From Lophium mytilinum (Eukaryota), in NCBI GenBank assembly GCA_010093605.1, contig MU004184.1, forward strand, positions 1,002,801 through 1,066,800: a stretch of DNA of 64,000 bases, given 5' to 3'. The notes beneath the pieces are model-generated. The model did not search any database. It saw only the letters and a program-made list of their open reading frames with translations, and was not told where the DNA came from. A program made the position numbers and the translations under genes. Positions 33,961-47,245 of the stretch are shown piece by piece. Within the stretch, counting starts at the first letter, position 1. Each line of letters opens with the position of its first letter.

Positions 33961-36502
33961 TAAGTTAAATACTATATAGAGTATATATAAAATAGAAAGG
34001 CTATATAGAGATAGAATTTATTACTTTATTATATCTTAGTAAATATAAGTCTAAATTATATAAATAGATAGCTAAATTACGCATTTAGACGCGTATATTT
34101 ATATCCGCGTGCTAAATATATAGAAATATTAATTAGTAGTAATAAACTTTTAAAGTTATAGTTATAGTTTCTAAGTATATAGTTAAATAGACTTAATTCT
34201 CTACTTTTTTCTTCTAGCATAACTAGCCCTAGGCTTTAGAGCCTACTTAAATACTACTATATCTCCCGCAGTATTAATCTAAGTATAGCGCTTACTTCTA
34301 ACCCTATATATACTATATTTACTACCTAGATTATTATTAGTATAGAAATTAATATTATACTAATAATAGCCTCTAGTAGGTATATTCTAGGCGCACTCTA
34401 GATATATACTATAGGCTAGGCCTATCTAATTCTAGCTATATTAGCTATTAATAAGCTCTATATAGGCGAGCTTAGCGCAGTAGAAGTGCTCTTAGAGGGC
34501 TATAGTAATAGTAGAGAAGCTAAGGGCGGTAGTAAGGTTATTAGTATACTAAGAGGGAGTTAGCAGGCCTAGAATAATAGTAATAGTAAGGGGAGAGAGT
34601 AGATAGTAAGTGCAGCGCTTTCTATATAAATAGGTTAGCTAGATTTTTAAGCTACTATACTAGAAATTATATATAGTAGAGAGGGATTAGTTCTCTTTTC
34701 TTTTTTCTTATTCTTATTCTTCTTCTAATTAGGTATATTATAGATATCTCTACTAATAGTAAGAGTAGAAAGAAGATATATAGGCCTACTACGCACTATA
34801 TAAAGCCTTTAAGGGCTAGAATTCTCTAGGCTCTTACTAGAGAAAGCTTCTAGCGCCTTATCTTTAGCTTAAACGCCTATTATCTTCTTCTTAGTAAGAA
34901 GCGGCCTAGCTACTACTACCTATATTACTAGAGAATCTAGGTAAACTCTAAGAAGCCTAAAGGGGTACATAGTAAGAGGTAAAGAGAAGAAGGGCTCTAT
35001 AAGAATATTATTAATTAGGCTATTAATAGAGCTCTAATTACTAGTATTATTAGCTATAGTATTATTAGCTATAGTATTATAAAGGTAGTAATTAATAGTA
35101 TATAGAGTCTAAAGAAAAAAGAGAGTTAAAAAAGAGGTAAGAATATATAGAAAAATAAATAATAGCTATTAAGCTTTACTATATAACTTTACCCTATACT
35201 AATATATAAGCTATAGATTATCCGCTAGCGCTAATACTTAAGCCTTAGATTATCTACTAGCGCTAATACTTAAGCTTTAGCCTAGAGAGTATATAAAAAA
35301 TAGTAAGGCTATATATAGAGTATATATTAAATAGAAAGGCTATATATAGTATATACTTAGGTTTTAATCTACTTCTCTATCTACTTCTTTTTAATTTAAG
35401 TATTAGTATTACCTCTCTTATATATATCTAGCTTAGCCTAAATTCTATCTATCTCTTCTCTTATATAATATACTTCTCTAGCTATATAATAGAACTACTT
35501 TTAAGTAAAGTAATTATACTAGCTCTACTTAATAGTAGCTCTTAGAAAGTTACTAAAGTTATAATAGGCTAGGCGCAGGTAATAGTAACGCCTACGGATC
35601 TATATCTTTAGTATAGTAAAGGTTAACTCTATAGAGTTAAAATCTAGTAAGTATAGTAGTAGAAAATATACTAGATATTCTTACGCCTAGATTATATATA
35701 TAAGAGCTTTCTTAGTATATATTTTAATATTATCTAGAATAATAACCTTTAAGTGGCCCTTAAACTTACCTTCTATAGCTAGTAGAAAAGTAGTAATAAT
35801 CTAGCTTTAAAACTTCTTAGTATTAAAGTAGCCCTCTTATATAGCTATATATAGTAGCTACTTTACTATATTTATTACTATATATATACTCTATATATTT
35901 CTATAATTTATAGGCCCCTAGTAGTGCATAGAACTTCTAATAGATGCGTATATATAATAGCGCTAGCTAGTCTTCTTATTAAATATAAACTTATTAAGAA
36001 AGATAAGATCTTTTAGCTTATAGTAACTAGTAAGCTTTAAGTACTTTAACCTTAACTTCTTACTTATATAGTTTAACTAGCGCTAGACCTACTTTTTACT
36101 CTATTTATTTCTCTTTATTATATATAATATAGTTAGCTATAAAGCTTTAATACTACGCTTAAGATTAAGCTATATTTAAATCTTATTTTAATTATGCTAG
36201 CTATCTTCTAGAAGCTATTAGAGCACCGCCTTTTTATCTACTATAGTAAGCCTTTTTAGCTATTCTATCTTAATTTATAGAGGCCTTATAGGCGCGCTAT
36301 AGAGAATTATATATTTTTCTATATTATATACTATCTTCTAGTAGATATAAATAACTTTAGTAATCTATTTAAAGTACTTATTAAGCTAGAGAAGCTATAT
36401 AATATCTAGGCGCTGTAAGGCTAATATTAGGGTTTAATTCTAGAGTTAGGTTTACGCGCTAGTAGAGAGGAGGATTTAACTATAGATTAAGTTATTAACT
36501 TA

Positions 36503-36705
36503 TACTAGAAATACTAAAAATTATTAGTATATAAGCTCTAATATATATATAAAAGGCTTTACTAATAGCTAATATAGGTATATTAAAAAGTAGTTAAAAA
36601 TTAATATATAACCTATCTAATAATCCCAGGCGCGCGCTTATAAAATTAGGGGGGGTGCATGGAGAAAAACGCCAAGGAATGTACTCCGTTTTGAATACGA
36701 CAAAT
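36503..36705 (-). repeat. Right terminal inverted repeat
   Basis: Reverse complement of 31450..31651. Confidence 0.93.
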
Positions 36706-38609
36706 AGCCCGCACCTCTTCTCCCATCCCGTTACACCGTTCCCTTTGGTGGCGCACCTCGGGTACGCGACCTCGGGACTCGACCTTCCAGCGCCTGGGGA
36801 CCTAGTTCTCACGCCGTTAAATCGGGGGTGGCGGGATGGCGTGGAGAAAGACGGGACCCTGCGGAGTTGATGGAAATTTGAGCGTGCTCTAGGAATGCAC
36901 CGCTGTGCCGTCAAACTGTGGAATCGTACGCTAGCAGCCCAAGGACGTAATTCATCCGCTGTTCGCAACTGTTCCTGTATCGACTAGATGGCCTGATGAG
37001 ATATCGGTTTGAAGCAGTACCTGGATCGGCCCTGTGATTCAATATCTGCATGCAGGTTCCTGGATGCGTATCGAAAGCTTAAAGCATCGGCTAGAGCTCA
37101 TATCAGTCTTGGAATATACCTACCGGAAAGCTTCGGAGGGTAAATTCAGCTTCTCGCCTTTCTTTGCCGACAAAGGCTGGAAAGACACCGGACACCAATC
37201 GGACACGCCACATGCGCTCGCTGCGGTACATAGACGGACCCACGGGTCGCTTGAAGGCTCCCGTGGCGGCTCGTGTGCCGTTCCTAGCTCGAATCCTGAC
37301 CTCCACCGGGCCAACTGGCTCAACTCCACTTGCCCTGTCCTCCTCCGCGACCTGCGCTCGATCCCAGATCCATCCCGACTCTCGCTACGGCTATAGTGCT
37401 TTCGGTGTCGTCTCCGAGCCTGCGGGGGGGTGAAACTCCCCTTCTAGTGCCAGAAGTTGCGATTCAGGTGTCCCAGCCTGCACCTTGCAGCGTCTTTGCC
37501 AGGAAGCCCTGCCTGAGCGCTTCACCATCCCGACCATCCGTTCAGGATACCGCTATCTCCACGACTTGGAGAGTATCAACACTGACAAGGCGCTGTTGCA
37601 AGCACCCAAAGCCCTTACGCCACGAGGGACCTCGAATTCTGTATCTGACGAAACCCGATCTGACAGTAGGTGGCCCAAGCGAATGCAAAGAGGTAAGCGT
37701 CTAGCGTTTTGAGGGGAGTGTAAATCTTGCACACCTTAGGCAAGCAGCCGCAGTGATGTGCAACATGTCGTTATAATATGTGGGCGGATTGACGATCGAT
37801 CATCATGGTCATCTGTCTGTGTCCTATACAACTACGATCTCGGGATCGCCGCCTTGGAAAATGGTCCTTCACGAATCACCTTCAGGCATGTACATGCAAA
37901 TAGACTCCCTCATCTTGTCCATTGTCGCAGCGGTTAACATATCATACCACCTCAAGCCCCCCTACGGACTAGGAGCAGGACTCCAACCCCACCTGTGCAG
38001 TAGTGCAGCGTCCTTCGCTCGCCTGAGCAGGAAGGTCACCTTTGATTTCCGAGCCGCAGGCGTGCCCTGAACAAGCCCGCTAGCCGTCTCTGCGACGACT
38101 TAGCTTGCGCTGCCGTAGGTTTAGGGGTCCGGGGGCCTTCCGGCACCGGCCATAGAGCCGGTCCCAAAGAAGCGAGCGCCTCACCGAGAGATGCACCGAA
38201 GAGCCTGTGGAGCGGATGGCGGCACGGCGGGAGGTCGAGCGAACTCTAGCTCATATGCACTTTTCTCCAAGGTAAGCAAAGAGTGAGGGAGCGAGTGAGC
38301 GAATGAAGCATTCGGTACATGGGCACATACCCTCGGGAAGTTCCCCCAGCAATGTCCCAAACGGCGTCAGTCAGAGCCACGCATCGACTCAAGCGCGAGC
38401 CCCCTCCCTTGTTAATACTCGCCACCGGAGTATGAGTACGAGAAAGGAACCCTGTCTGCGACTCGTTGATCCCTTACTGCTTGTGACAGGGCTTATCATG
38501 TCTGGGTCTCCCGCACTGTGGATCACTGAATGCTTCTCTTTGATCTCCTAAAAGCTTCGTTTTTGTGAAAACACTCACTTCACGTTCTTTGCACGCGTAT
38601 TCCTCCACA

Positions 38610-40097
38610 ATGAATTGGGAGCATAGGCAGACTGTTGAGCAGTTCCCCGGTCCGATTATACCGGTATCAGCTGGCGGTGTTTCGGTCATCACCACTGATT
38701 CGATAATGCTGGTTTTGACGACCGTATGGGTGGGTTTCCGTCTGTACGCTCGGAAAATGAAAAGGATGAGTTTGCCATTGGAGGACTATTTCCTACTTGT
38801 AGCATTGGTACAGTCAACCTTATCGCCTTTCTCAAACCGACCGGTCTCTAACGTATGATTAGGTCTTGTTCTACATAATGGTCATTATCAGCTTCATGAG
38901 TAAGTCCCCTGACATATCTATGGAGAACAGTGTGCCTAACAGGGCTCTAGTGGTGTATATGGGTGGAATGGGACATCATCTTGCTTTATTAAATGCTTCT
39001 ACGATACAGAACCTGCTGAAGGTATTGAAACTGGCTTCCGCACTTCCCGTATAAGGCTAACGTCAAAGTAGTTCTCACTGGCTTCCCAGGTCCTCTATGC
39101 CGTCTCCCTAGGCTTAGTAAAGTGCAGCATCTGCCTAATGTTGGCGAGGATTTTCTTTGTGCGTCCCTTCGTAATTGCTGCGAGGGTAGCTATGGGATTC
39201 GCTGCAGCTTGGGGTAAGTTCCAGCTACGCCCGTTCAGACATCCGGTAGCTAATCATTCGCAGGTCTAATGACATTCCTGTAATTATGCAACCCACAAGA
39301 ACTACAGGACGGCGTCATTTGCTAACTCCAGTAGAATCGGCATCCTAATTTGCCAACCCATCCAGATGAACTGGGACCCCACTGTCAAGGGCGGGAAATG
39401 CGGGAATCAAAACGCCGCCTTCACCTCAGTTGGAATCGTCGACCTCCTTACCGACTTTTTCATACTCCTCCTACCCATGCCAATGGTCGTGAAACTCCAG
39501 ATCCCGCGCGCGAATAAAATCGGGCTGGTCTGCATCTTCTGCACTGGAGGACTGTACGTTGCTTCCTCTTCCCCTTACTCGTCTACCCCTATCCTCCTTT
39601 CAAGTTGCAAAAATACTGACGTATGATGGGGTATTAGGACTATGGCTATAGGCATCGTCCGCGTGGTAGCCGTGACCACTGTCAATTTCAAGGACTTCTC
39701 CTTCGCCGCAAAAGATGCGCATATCTATTCTGTTGTCGAAGTGGCCATCGCCATCATTGTGTCCTGCTCGCCAACCCTACGGCCCCTATTCGACAAGATC
39801 TTCAGCACCCTCTCGAATCTGTCCAGCGGGACCAAGAGCAATGTCGGGAACCAGTACCTCTCGAACCGCACAGGGCGGAGCACGACGGCGGATGGGTTTA
39901 TGCAGATGGGAGATGAGGTTGCGTTGAAAAGCATGGACGGGCGGTCTAGGGACGGCCGTGTGGAAACGAGAATCACAGCTAGCGGCACTAGCTCAGAGGA
40001 GTACTTGGGGGAGGAAAACGCCATCAAGGGCAACACCGACAATCCGCCCATCAACCCAAGGAGCATTTATGTGAAGACGACGGTGGATCACCAATAA
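38610..40097 (+). CDS. Pth11-like / rhodopsin-domain integral membrane protein (multi-exon)
   Basis: RLYAR...EDY, CQPI..NWD...GGKC, DFFILLLPMP..KLQ...KI, EVAIAIIVSCSPTLRP motifs; several short introns. Confidence 0.88.
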
Positions 40098-40276
40098 CCC
40101 TTTTCTTACAGCTTTTACGCGGCGTCGCTGCATGCATACTTTTCTCGCTCTCTTTCTTTCGATGAAGCGCCATTTTGAGATTATAGTACGATACCCCTGA
40201 AATATAGATCCATTAACTTGCACACCTCATTTTCTTTTCACTGTCGCCATCCTCACTTCACTGGTTCAGTTCGAGT

Positions 40277-42183
40277 TCAAGCCCCTACAACGTTCTCATC
40301 ACCCCGATTGTGCAACGCCGTCGCTACCTTGCCCGTCATGCGGTCCTCCACATTCGGCAAGAACAAACTAGCAGTCACCGCAATGCCCGTGAAAGCGATC
40401 GTGGTCAAGAACACCGTCCGGTACGCATCCGCATTCGCGACTTTATACGCCCTCGACCCGGCCGCCAGGATCTGCGGCGTGAGCCCCTCCACCTTGTCGA
40501 ACGAGCCTGTCGTGAAGCCTGCGAGAAAGGTAGCGATGCTGGAGCTGGGCAGACCTGCACCGGTAATGGCCGGGATAACCTTTTCAGGGATTGTTGTCGC
40601 GAGGCGGTTGCTGAGAATGACGCTGTAGACTGTCGCAGAGATGGAGCTGATGAGGAACCGGATGGATCCTGCCACACCACCCGCAGTCCCGATTTCTTGC
40701 TGGTTGTTGATTGATATCGTGGTCAGTGTAATCGCAATCGACTCGCTCCACCCGATGAAGAAGACGCCCAGGGTGGAAAGCGCACACGCTCTCGCTCGAG
40801 TATCAGGCGTACAGGTCGCGACACCTATCATCCCCACACATATTAGCCACACCCTTATAAAGATGAAGCCAAAGTCTGACTGAATGGTAGTACTCACAAG
40901 CAAACAAGATCCCACCAATAGCGAACGAAGCAGTACACTGCCACCTGACCTTCCCAATCGCCTTCGCGCTGAACCCGGACACGATCTCACCAAGAATGAT
41001 CCCGAGTCCGACAAGCGACGACAGCATGCCGCCGTACATCTGGTTCCCGTCCGCATACAACACCGTCACCATGCTCGGCCACACAATCGCAAACGCGTAG
41101 TACAACCCAGCACCAAGCCCAGACGTCACAACTGCCGCGATCCACCGCCCGTTCTTGAAGAGATGCATCGGCACCAGTGGCTCCTCGAGCTTCGCGAAAG
41201 TCTCCCAGAGAATAAACGCAACCAACGCTACCACCCCGATTACAATTGTGGCGATCACGTGCGCGGATTTCCACGCGTAGACACTGCCGCCCCAGTTCAG
41301 GCCTAGGAGCAGGATGAGCAGGCCGCCGGAGTAGACGACGCAGCCGATGTAGTCGAATTTCTTGGCGTAGGCCGTTTTGGAGCTGTTGCGGTGCTTCATG
41401 TGGAAGGTAGGCGGGTGGTAGAAGAGGATGAAGCAGAGCATCGAGCAGGCGTTGACGGCGATGAGGATGTAGTAGAGCCCGCGCCAGCCGGATTTGGTGT
41501 GTAGGATGAGCGCGTTGCCGATGGCGGGGGCGAAGCCGGAGCCGGGGATGGTGAAGATGTACTGGGTAGGGGTTAGGGGGAGTAATGGGAGTAATGGGAG
41601 AGGGTAACAATGTAAGAAGACAAGAGAAAACAGCAGGAACGAACTGGCTTACCATAGCCGCATTTCCAATAAACCGATACTTCATCGGCACCAGCTCGCC
41701 CATGATGTAGTAATACGATAACTGCGTCGCAGCACCCAGTCCGATCAAGGTCCCACCCCCAATCAACGCTCCCACACTCTTCGCAGTCGCGCATACGATA
41801 CTCCCAATGAGTCCGAAGGCTGCACCGCCAATAAAGACATAGCGGCGACCGAAGATGTCCGTTACACGGCCGATTATGGTGAGGGAGACTGCGATCATGA
41901 GGGTGTACACAAGCGCAACCCACACGATATTGGGATCCGGTCCCACATCCGCGTTTATGAGGCCGAGAATTGGAGCTGCGTAGCCGAAGCCTGCGACACC
42001 GGCGAGGAGGCCCAGGCCGATGGCGAGCATAGATCCTAAGAAGAAGGAGGATCTGAAGTAGCCCGGTGGCATTTCATCGTCGAGAAGGCCGAGGTGATCG
42101 GTGTTAGTGATGTCTGTCTTCTCGGGGTGGGCCGAGAGGTTGTCGGCCATTTCGATATTGTGCTTCTCAGCTTCGATTGCCAT
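40277..42183 (-). CDS. MFS efflux transporter of the Tri12 (trichothecene efflux pump)-like family
   Basis: GRVTDIFGRRY motif A, GELVPMKYR, FYHPP.F...H, EPLVPMHLF; introns 41652..41562 and one near 40900-40825. Confidence 0.9.
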
Positions 42184-43275
42184 GGTTTTGGTGACCCCGC
42201 AGAAGAGGATGTGATTTTGGTGTAGTTTGATATAGGATTTGAAGATACTGGAACTAAAAGGCTAATAGGCCAGCCCTAGTTTACGCAAGCAATTTATGAC
42301 TTAGAAACGACACTAGGAGGTAGCAGACAGGAGAAATGGGTTGAGATAGAGATACCGAGAGAAAGGAAACGCCGGTCAAAGGTAGGGATGCTACTAAACT
42401 TATACCAAGAACCTGGCTACTGATTCATTAAATCATCTGATTCGTGTCCGGAGCCTGCTGCCGATCAACCGCGACCTTCTTACCCCAGAATATGCTCAAT
42501 GCTAGTGCGAAATGTCGCTGTCCACTATTGCGGGGGCTAAGGATCGGTCATGAGGCCAAGGGAGTTAAGCATTGCCTAACATGACACTAAGAGACCCGGA
42601 AAAGCGAACCTGGGACTGTGTCTTATGCAGGTATGGATCTAGAGTTGTGATTCGTGCCGATCTGGTCGTCTGAAGCATTAAGCTGGGCTCGTTGGCCAGG
42701 TGGTGCTGTCCTTGAGTCAAGGATGAAGGGAAATACATGTGAATTGAGTATGGCGGGTTTTCACTGAGCTCTTCCATAGACTACCCCAATTCACGAGTAA
42801 CCATACTTCAAAAACTCAAAGCCACACATCACCCATATAGCCTTACCTTTCTGCACTATTTATTGTTGTCTTCAGCGTAGCTAGTAAAAGCGGAAGAAGT
42901 GATGATAGCTCTGGGAAATCATTTCCCCGCTCCGTTCCCGGAAGACATTTCGCGGTTTGCGGAGACCCCATTCTCCACTTTCCCCAGACAAAAGCTCGCT
43001 CCAATCACACCCACGCAGACATCAGCATTTCCTTCGCTTGGAACGCTAATGACTCAGTACCCGCTGGCCGGAAAGCCTCGACCGCGCGGGTGTCATGCTC
43101 CTGAGATCCAGACCCCACCGCGGGGCACCGCGTATACGGCAATTCTATAGCTTTGAAGACGTCCGACTTGAATAATTTATATAGAGTCTCTTATTACAGA
43201 GATATCGCTCTGACTCGAGATACAAATTCGTACCTCTCAACAGTCACTTTTCTCATTCCCGAGATCTACTGAAGC

Positions 43276-45127
43276 ATGGGCGTGCTCTCACCAGATGTTG
43301 GGCCTTTGAGCTCGACGGTGTACCACTCTGTAAAGTGGACAGCTATTGGGTCGTTTGGAGCTGTACGTGTGTTGTCCTAAGTAGATGAGATAATATACTA
43401 ATGTTCGAATCAGCTCATTCTATACACAATATGGCGGTGTATCTACAATGTATACTTTCACCCGCTTGCCCGTTTCCCTGGTCCTCTCATCTGCAAGATC
43501 TCTCCGGTAAGTTGCCCAAAACACGGTCTTCTTGGTGGAAATGACTGGTGCTGATCGCGAAACTCGCTAGCTATATCCCATTCTTGGCTTGCATAAGGGA
43601 CGTTGGCCGTTTATTGTCAAAAAGCTTCATGATCAATATGGTCAGTTACAAACTCGAAGATAGTTGCTTGGTGTCTGACGTTTCCAGGTCCTATCCTTCG
43701 AACGATGCCATCTGAGCTCGTGTTCATTGATCCCCAAGCTTGGAAAGACATCTACGGCCACCGACAAGGCCACCCTCAATTCCATAAGGTACGTTGACTC
43801 GGAAGGACTACCAAAATTCAAACGCTGAGACTCTTCAACAGGATCCCATCCACGTCGGCTCGGTTCAGGAGATCAAAGGCGCATCCACCTTGACCATGGC
43901 CGGCGACGACGAGCACGCCCGCCAACGCCGTGCCCTCTCTCATGCCTTCTCGCAGAAAGCACTCCTGGAACAGGAGTCCATTATTCGCAGCTACGTCGAT
44001 CTTTTCATCGAACGGCTCACGCCCTATGCCGCTTCCGGTGAGAAACTAGACATGTGCAACTGGTATAACTGGACGACATTTGACATCATCGGAGACATGG
44101 CATTTGGCGAGCCTTTCGGATGTTTGCGTGACGGGAAAGAGCATTCATGGGTCGGCCTTATCACTGAGACCATCAAGGCTGGCGCTTTTGAGCAGAGCAC
44201 GCGGAGGATGTTCGCGACAGGAAGTATCTGGCAGAAGGCGTGTAAGATATTTATCCCGAAGCATCTAAAGGAGAAGCGATTCCTACATCTCAAACTCAGC
44301 ATGGAGAAGGTCCAGAAGTGAGCCACTCACCTCATCTACTTACATTGGAGTCCAATTGATACTAACCAACCTCCAGACGCCTCGATCAAGGCCTCCGCCG
44401 CGAACATCGCGACTTCCTCTACTATATCCTACGCCAAAACGAAAAGGGCTCTGTCAGCGAAGCCGAGATCATGCTCAATAGCGCCCTATTCATCGTCGCC
44501 GGCTCCGAAACCACCGCTTCTTTCCTTGCTGGCATGACTATGTGGCTTATGCGCACTCCCCACACTTACAAGCGTCTAACTGAGGAGATCCGCACTACCT
44601 TCCCTAAAGTCACGGACATCAACTTCCTAGATCTCCAAGCGATGCCGTACATGCAGGCTTGCATCGAAGAAGGCCTCCGTATCTTCCCCTCTATCCCCAC
44701 TGGCCTCACGCGCACTGTACCAAAGAGCGGTGATACCATTGCAGGAGAGTGGATCGCGGGCGGAACGACCGTTTCCGTGCACTCCTGGGCGGCGACACAC
44801 TCGGAGCGCAACTGGGTGCGACCCGAGGAGTATATCCCGGAGAGGTGGCTGACCGGAGAGAACGAGGCCTTCGACAAGGACTTGAAGGAGGCAAGCCAGC
44901 CGTTCTCGCTGGGACCGAGGGGATGTATCGGACGGCATCTGAGCTACATGGAACTGAGATTGATCTTGGCGAGCTTGTTGTGGCATTTCGATATCGAGAG
45001 GGCGGATATCGGTACGCCGGGCGCATTCGATATTTGGGATCCGTCGGATCAATTGCAGCATGTGAAGGCGTTCAATACGTGGGATAAGCCTCCACTTTGG
45101 TGTAAGTTGACGCCGGTGAAGAGATAG
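43276..45127 (+). CDS. Cytochrome P450 (CYP60/CYP65-like, multi-exon)
   Basis: FHPLARFPGP, AWKDIYGH, AGSETTA, EGLR, PERW, heme motif FSLGPRGCIG. Confidence 0.93.
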
Positions 45128-45639
45128 GGGGTGGATGGGAGGGAGGGAGAGGTTGAAGAGAGTCCGAACTTAATTTCGCAGCTCGACCAGGGGCACCTGA
45201 TGACAATATGCCTCGATGCGAACCCTGTTTCTATTTTGTCTGAATATCAAACGTATTCAATATATGAAAACACGTGAGAAACAACGTCAAATGCCAAATC
45301 TCAATTCCAAGTTTCGTGATGAGTCGATTTCCATGTTCTCGTGGGCCACGCCTTGACCTCCTATCGACCACTTCCCTCCCCATACGACTCATCACGTCGA
45401 ACAAAGCCGAAACTACAGACGTCACGAGTGAGAGGTTTAATGACTTCAAAAGGCTTCCATAGCTTGAAACTTCGAGAAATTACTCATTCCATCACCCCGA
45501 CCTTGATTCGAACACTACACGCCCCTGAAGGCTCATCACGGCAGATAAACGCGAATGTGCAACAGTCATGCGCGAGGAAAGTAAATCATCGCCATAGAAT
45601 TATGGGTCTTGTACTCCCTTAAGTAATTGCCTTGGCTTT

Positions 45640-45790
45640 CTATTGAGCACTACACGCCCCTATACGCCCCTGAAGACTCAGTACCGCAAATAAGTGCGAA
45701 ACTACAGGATGTCTAAGCTAATATAGAGAGTCATCGAATGGTCAAAGCGTAGGGGTCGTGGAGTATATAAAGATAGGTTTGAAAAGGAGA
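45640..45790 (+). promoter_or_regulatory. Shared promoter block with TATA box upstream of small Cys-rich gene A
   Basis: CTACAC.CCC.T.AAGACTCAG ... CAAAGCGTAGG.GGTCG.G.AG.ATATAAAGA.GGTTT is also present at 47121..47245, and partly at 63006..62967 on the minus strand. Confidence 0.65.
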
Positions 45791-46082
45791 ACTTCTCCTT
45801 CATCTACCTACAATCATCAATACGACTAGAATTCAAGCTCCACCTTTCATCAAACGATCTCGAAACTACTGCTGCAATCACAGTCGAAGCTACCGCTATC
45901 AATACCTCTCAACCCTTTTTCTCACTCACGAACAATCAGACACTTCTGCAACTCAAGACCAAGTGTCCACCAAACGGCTTTGAACCTAGCCCTACCAACA
46001 TCTCTCCAACCTGCCACATTCCATATCCCTCAAACATACCACTACCGATACATCCCTCACACTCTCTCACTCATCCTTCATC

Positions 46083-46490
46083 ATGGAAAAACTGGTAGAC
46101 GAGGTGTTCAAAAATCGCGATAAATGCACCCGTATAATCACATCATACGTATGCGGGTGCAAGCCGGTCGTGAGCTTAGTCCGCTGTCAGATGTACCTCA
46201 ACTGGCGTGACGGTATTGATGAAGATAGGGCCTCGTTCCTGCATATTAGTACCTGCGGGGACGACGTGAGCATATGGCGAGAAGCTGAGGAGCGGAGGGA
46301 TGGGTCGGAGGACTACCCACCTGATACTTGCGCGCATCCACTCCCTTGCCCTTGCAATGGCATGACGCCGGGTAGCAATTGTGAGGGCTCTGCGAAGAGA
46401 TTTCAGGAGAGTGCGAATAAAGAGACGGGGGATATCAAGGAGCAGAAACAAAGGGAGAAGGCAGAGAAAGAGGCAGCGGCGAGGAAGTAG
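46083..46490 (+). CDS. Small non-secreted Cys-rich protein A (probable Zn-binding)
   Basis: Intronless 135-aa ORF downstream of a TATA box; Cys spacing aligns with the 62265..62741 protein. Confidence 0.7.
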   Translation: MEKLVDEVFKNRDKCTRIITSYVCGCKPVVSLVRCQMYLNWRDGIDEDRASFLHISTCGDDVSIWREAEERRDGSEDYPPDTCAHPLPCPCNGMTPGSNCEGSAKRFQESANKETGDIKEQKQREKAEKEAAARK

Positions 46491-47120
46491 GGAAAGAAGT
46501 CTGGTGGTAGTTATGGGGCTAGTAGAGCTGTTGCTGCAGCTTAGATGAATGGGTAGACGGAGGAGGGTGCCCTCCGGATCCTGTACTTGTCTTTCCTTAT
46601 CTGGTTCTGTGTTTTCATCTCCTTGCTAGATGTCTCTATTATGTTTTCAATTAGCGTTCCATGATACCACATCCCCATTCCCCTACACCTACACCTACCT
46701 CTTTCCTTGAATTAGTCCTCAATACTCTGGGAGTACATACATCATAGGTTCATCTTCTTCTTGAAATATAGACTATATTCCAGGCACCTAAATTTGGCGA
46801 ACATCTGTGCCGAAGTGAACAATGGTAATCTTGCTATGACGATAGAGAACATTATAAGCCATACCAGCAATCAGGGTGATAAGCTATCGTGCCAGGGAGT
46901 AGTGGTGAGGGCTACGGCAGGCACGTGTTACTTTGCATACAATATAGCCTTACCTTCCTCCGGACCTCTCTCTCTCTCTCAACATTGTCATTATCCAATA
47001 CATCACATACACGGACCACAGCTACTTGTTTCGTGACACATCGCCATTTTTTTAAAGGCCTCACGCTCCTTCAAGACTCCGAAAGATTGCTCATAGCCAT
47101 CGGCTCGACTGTACATATGA

Positions 47121-47245
47121 CACTACACACCCTTAAAGACTCAGCACTGCTAACAATCGTTAAATTGTAAGACTTATGACTTTACGACGAGACTCATCGC
47201 TATGCCAAAGCGTAGGAGGTCGGGAAGCATATAAAGAAGGGTTTC
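47121..47245 (+). promoter_or_regulatory. Second copy of the shared promoter block upstream of small Cys-rich gene B
   Basis: Colinear similarity to 45649..45780, including CAAAGCGTAGG and ATATAAAG. Confidence 0.65.

Larger units (their letters stand above)
31450..36705. mobile_element. RIP-degenerated TIR element (~5.25 kb), superfamily not identifiable
   Basis: Abrupt switch to very AT-rich, TpA-rich, CpA/TpG-depleted DNA with no ORFs, bounded by ~200-bp inverted repeats. Confidence 0.85.

Noticed and set aside
31450..36705. Starship, LTR or LINE identity for the AT-rich block
   Set aside because: The ends are long inverted, not direct, repeats; no DUF3435 captain, RT or integrase motifs are recognisable
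36860..38560. GC-rich ORFs upstream of the Pth11-like gene
   Set aside because: No recognisable domains or consistent splice pattern; more likely a long promoter region
40987..41650. His/Arg-rich C-terminus of the 398-aa ORF
   Set aside because: Read-through into an intron and the wrong frame of the MFS gene
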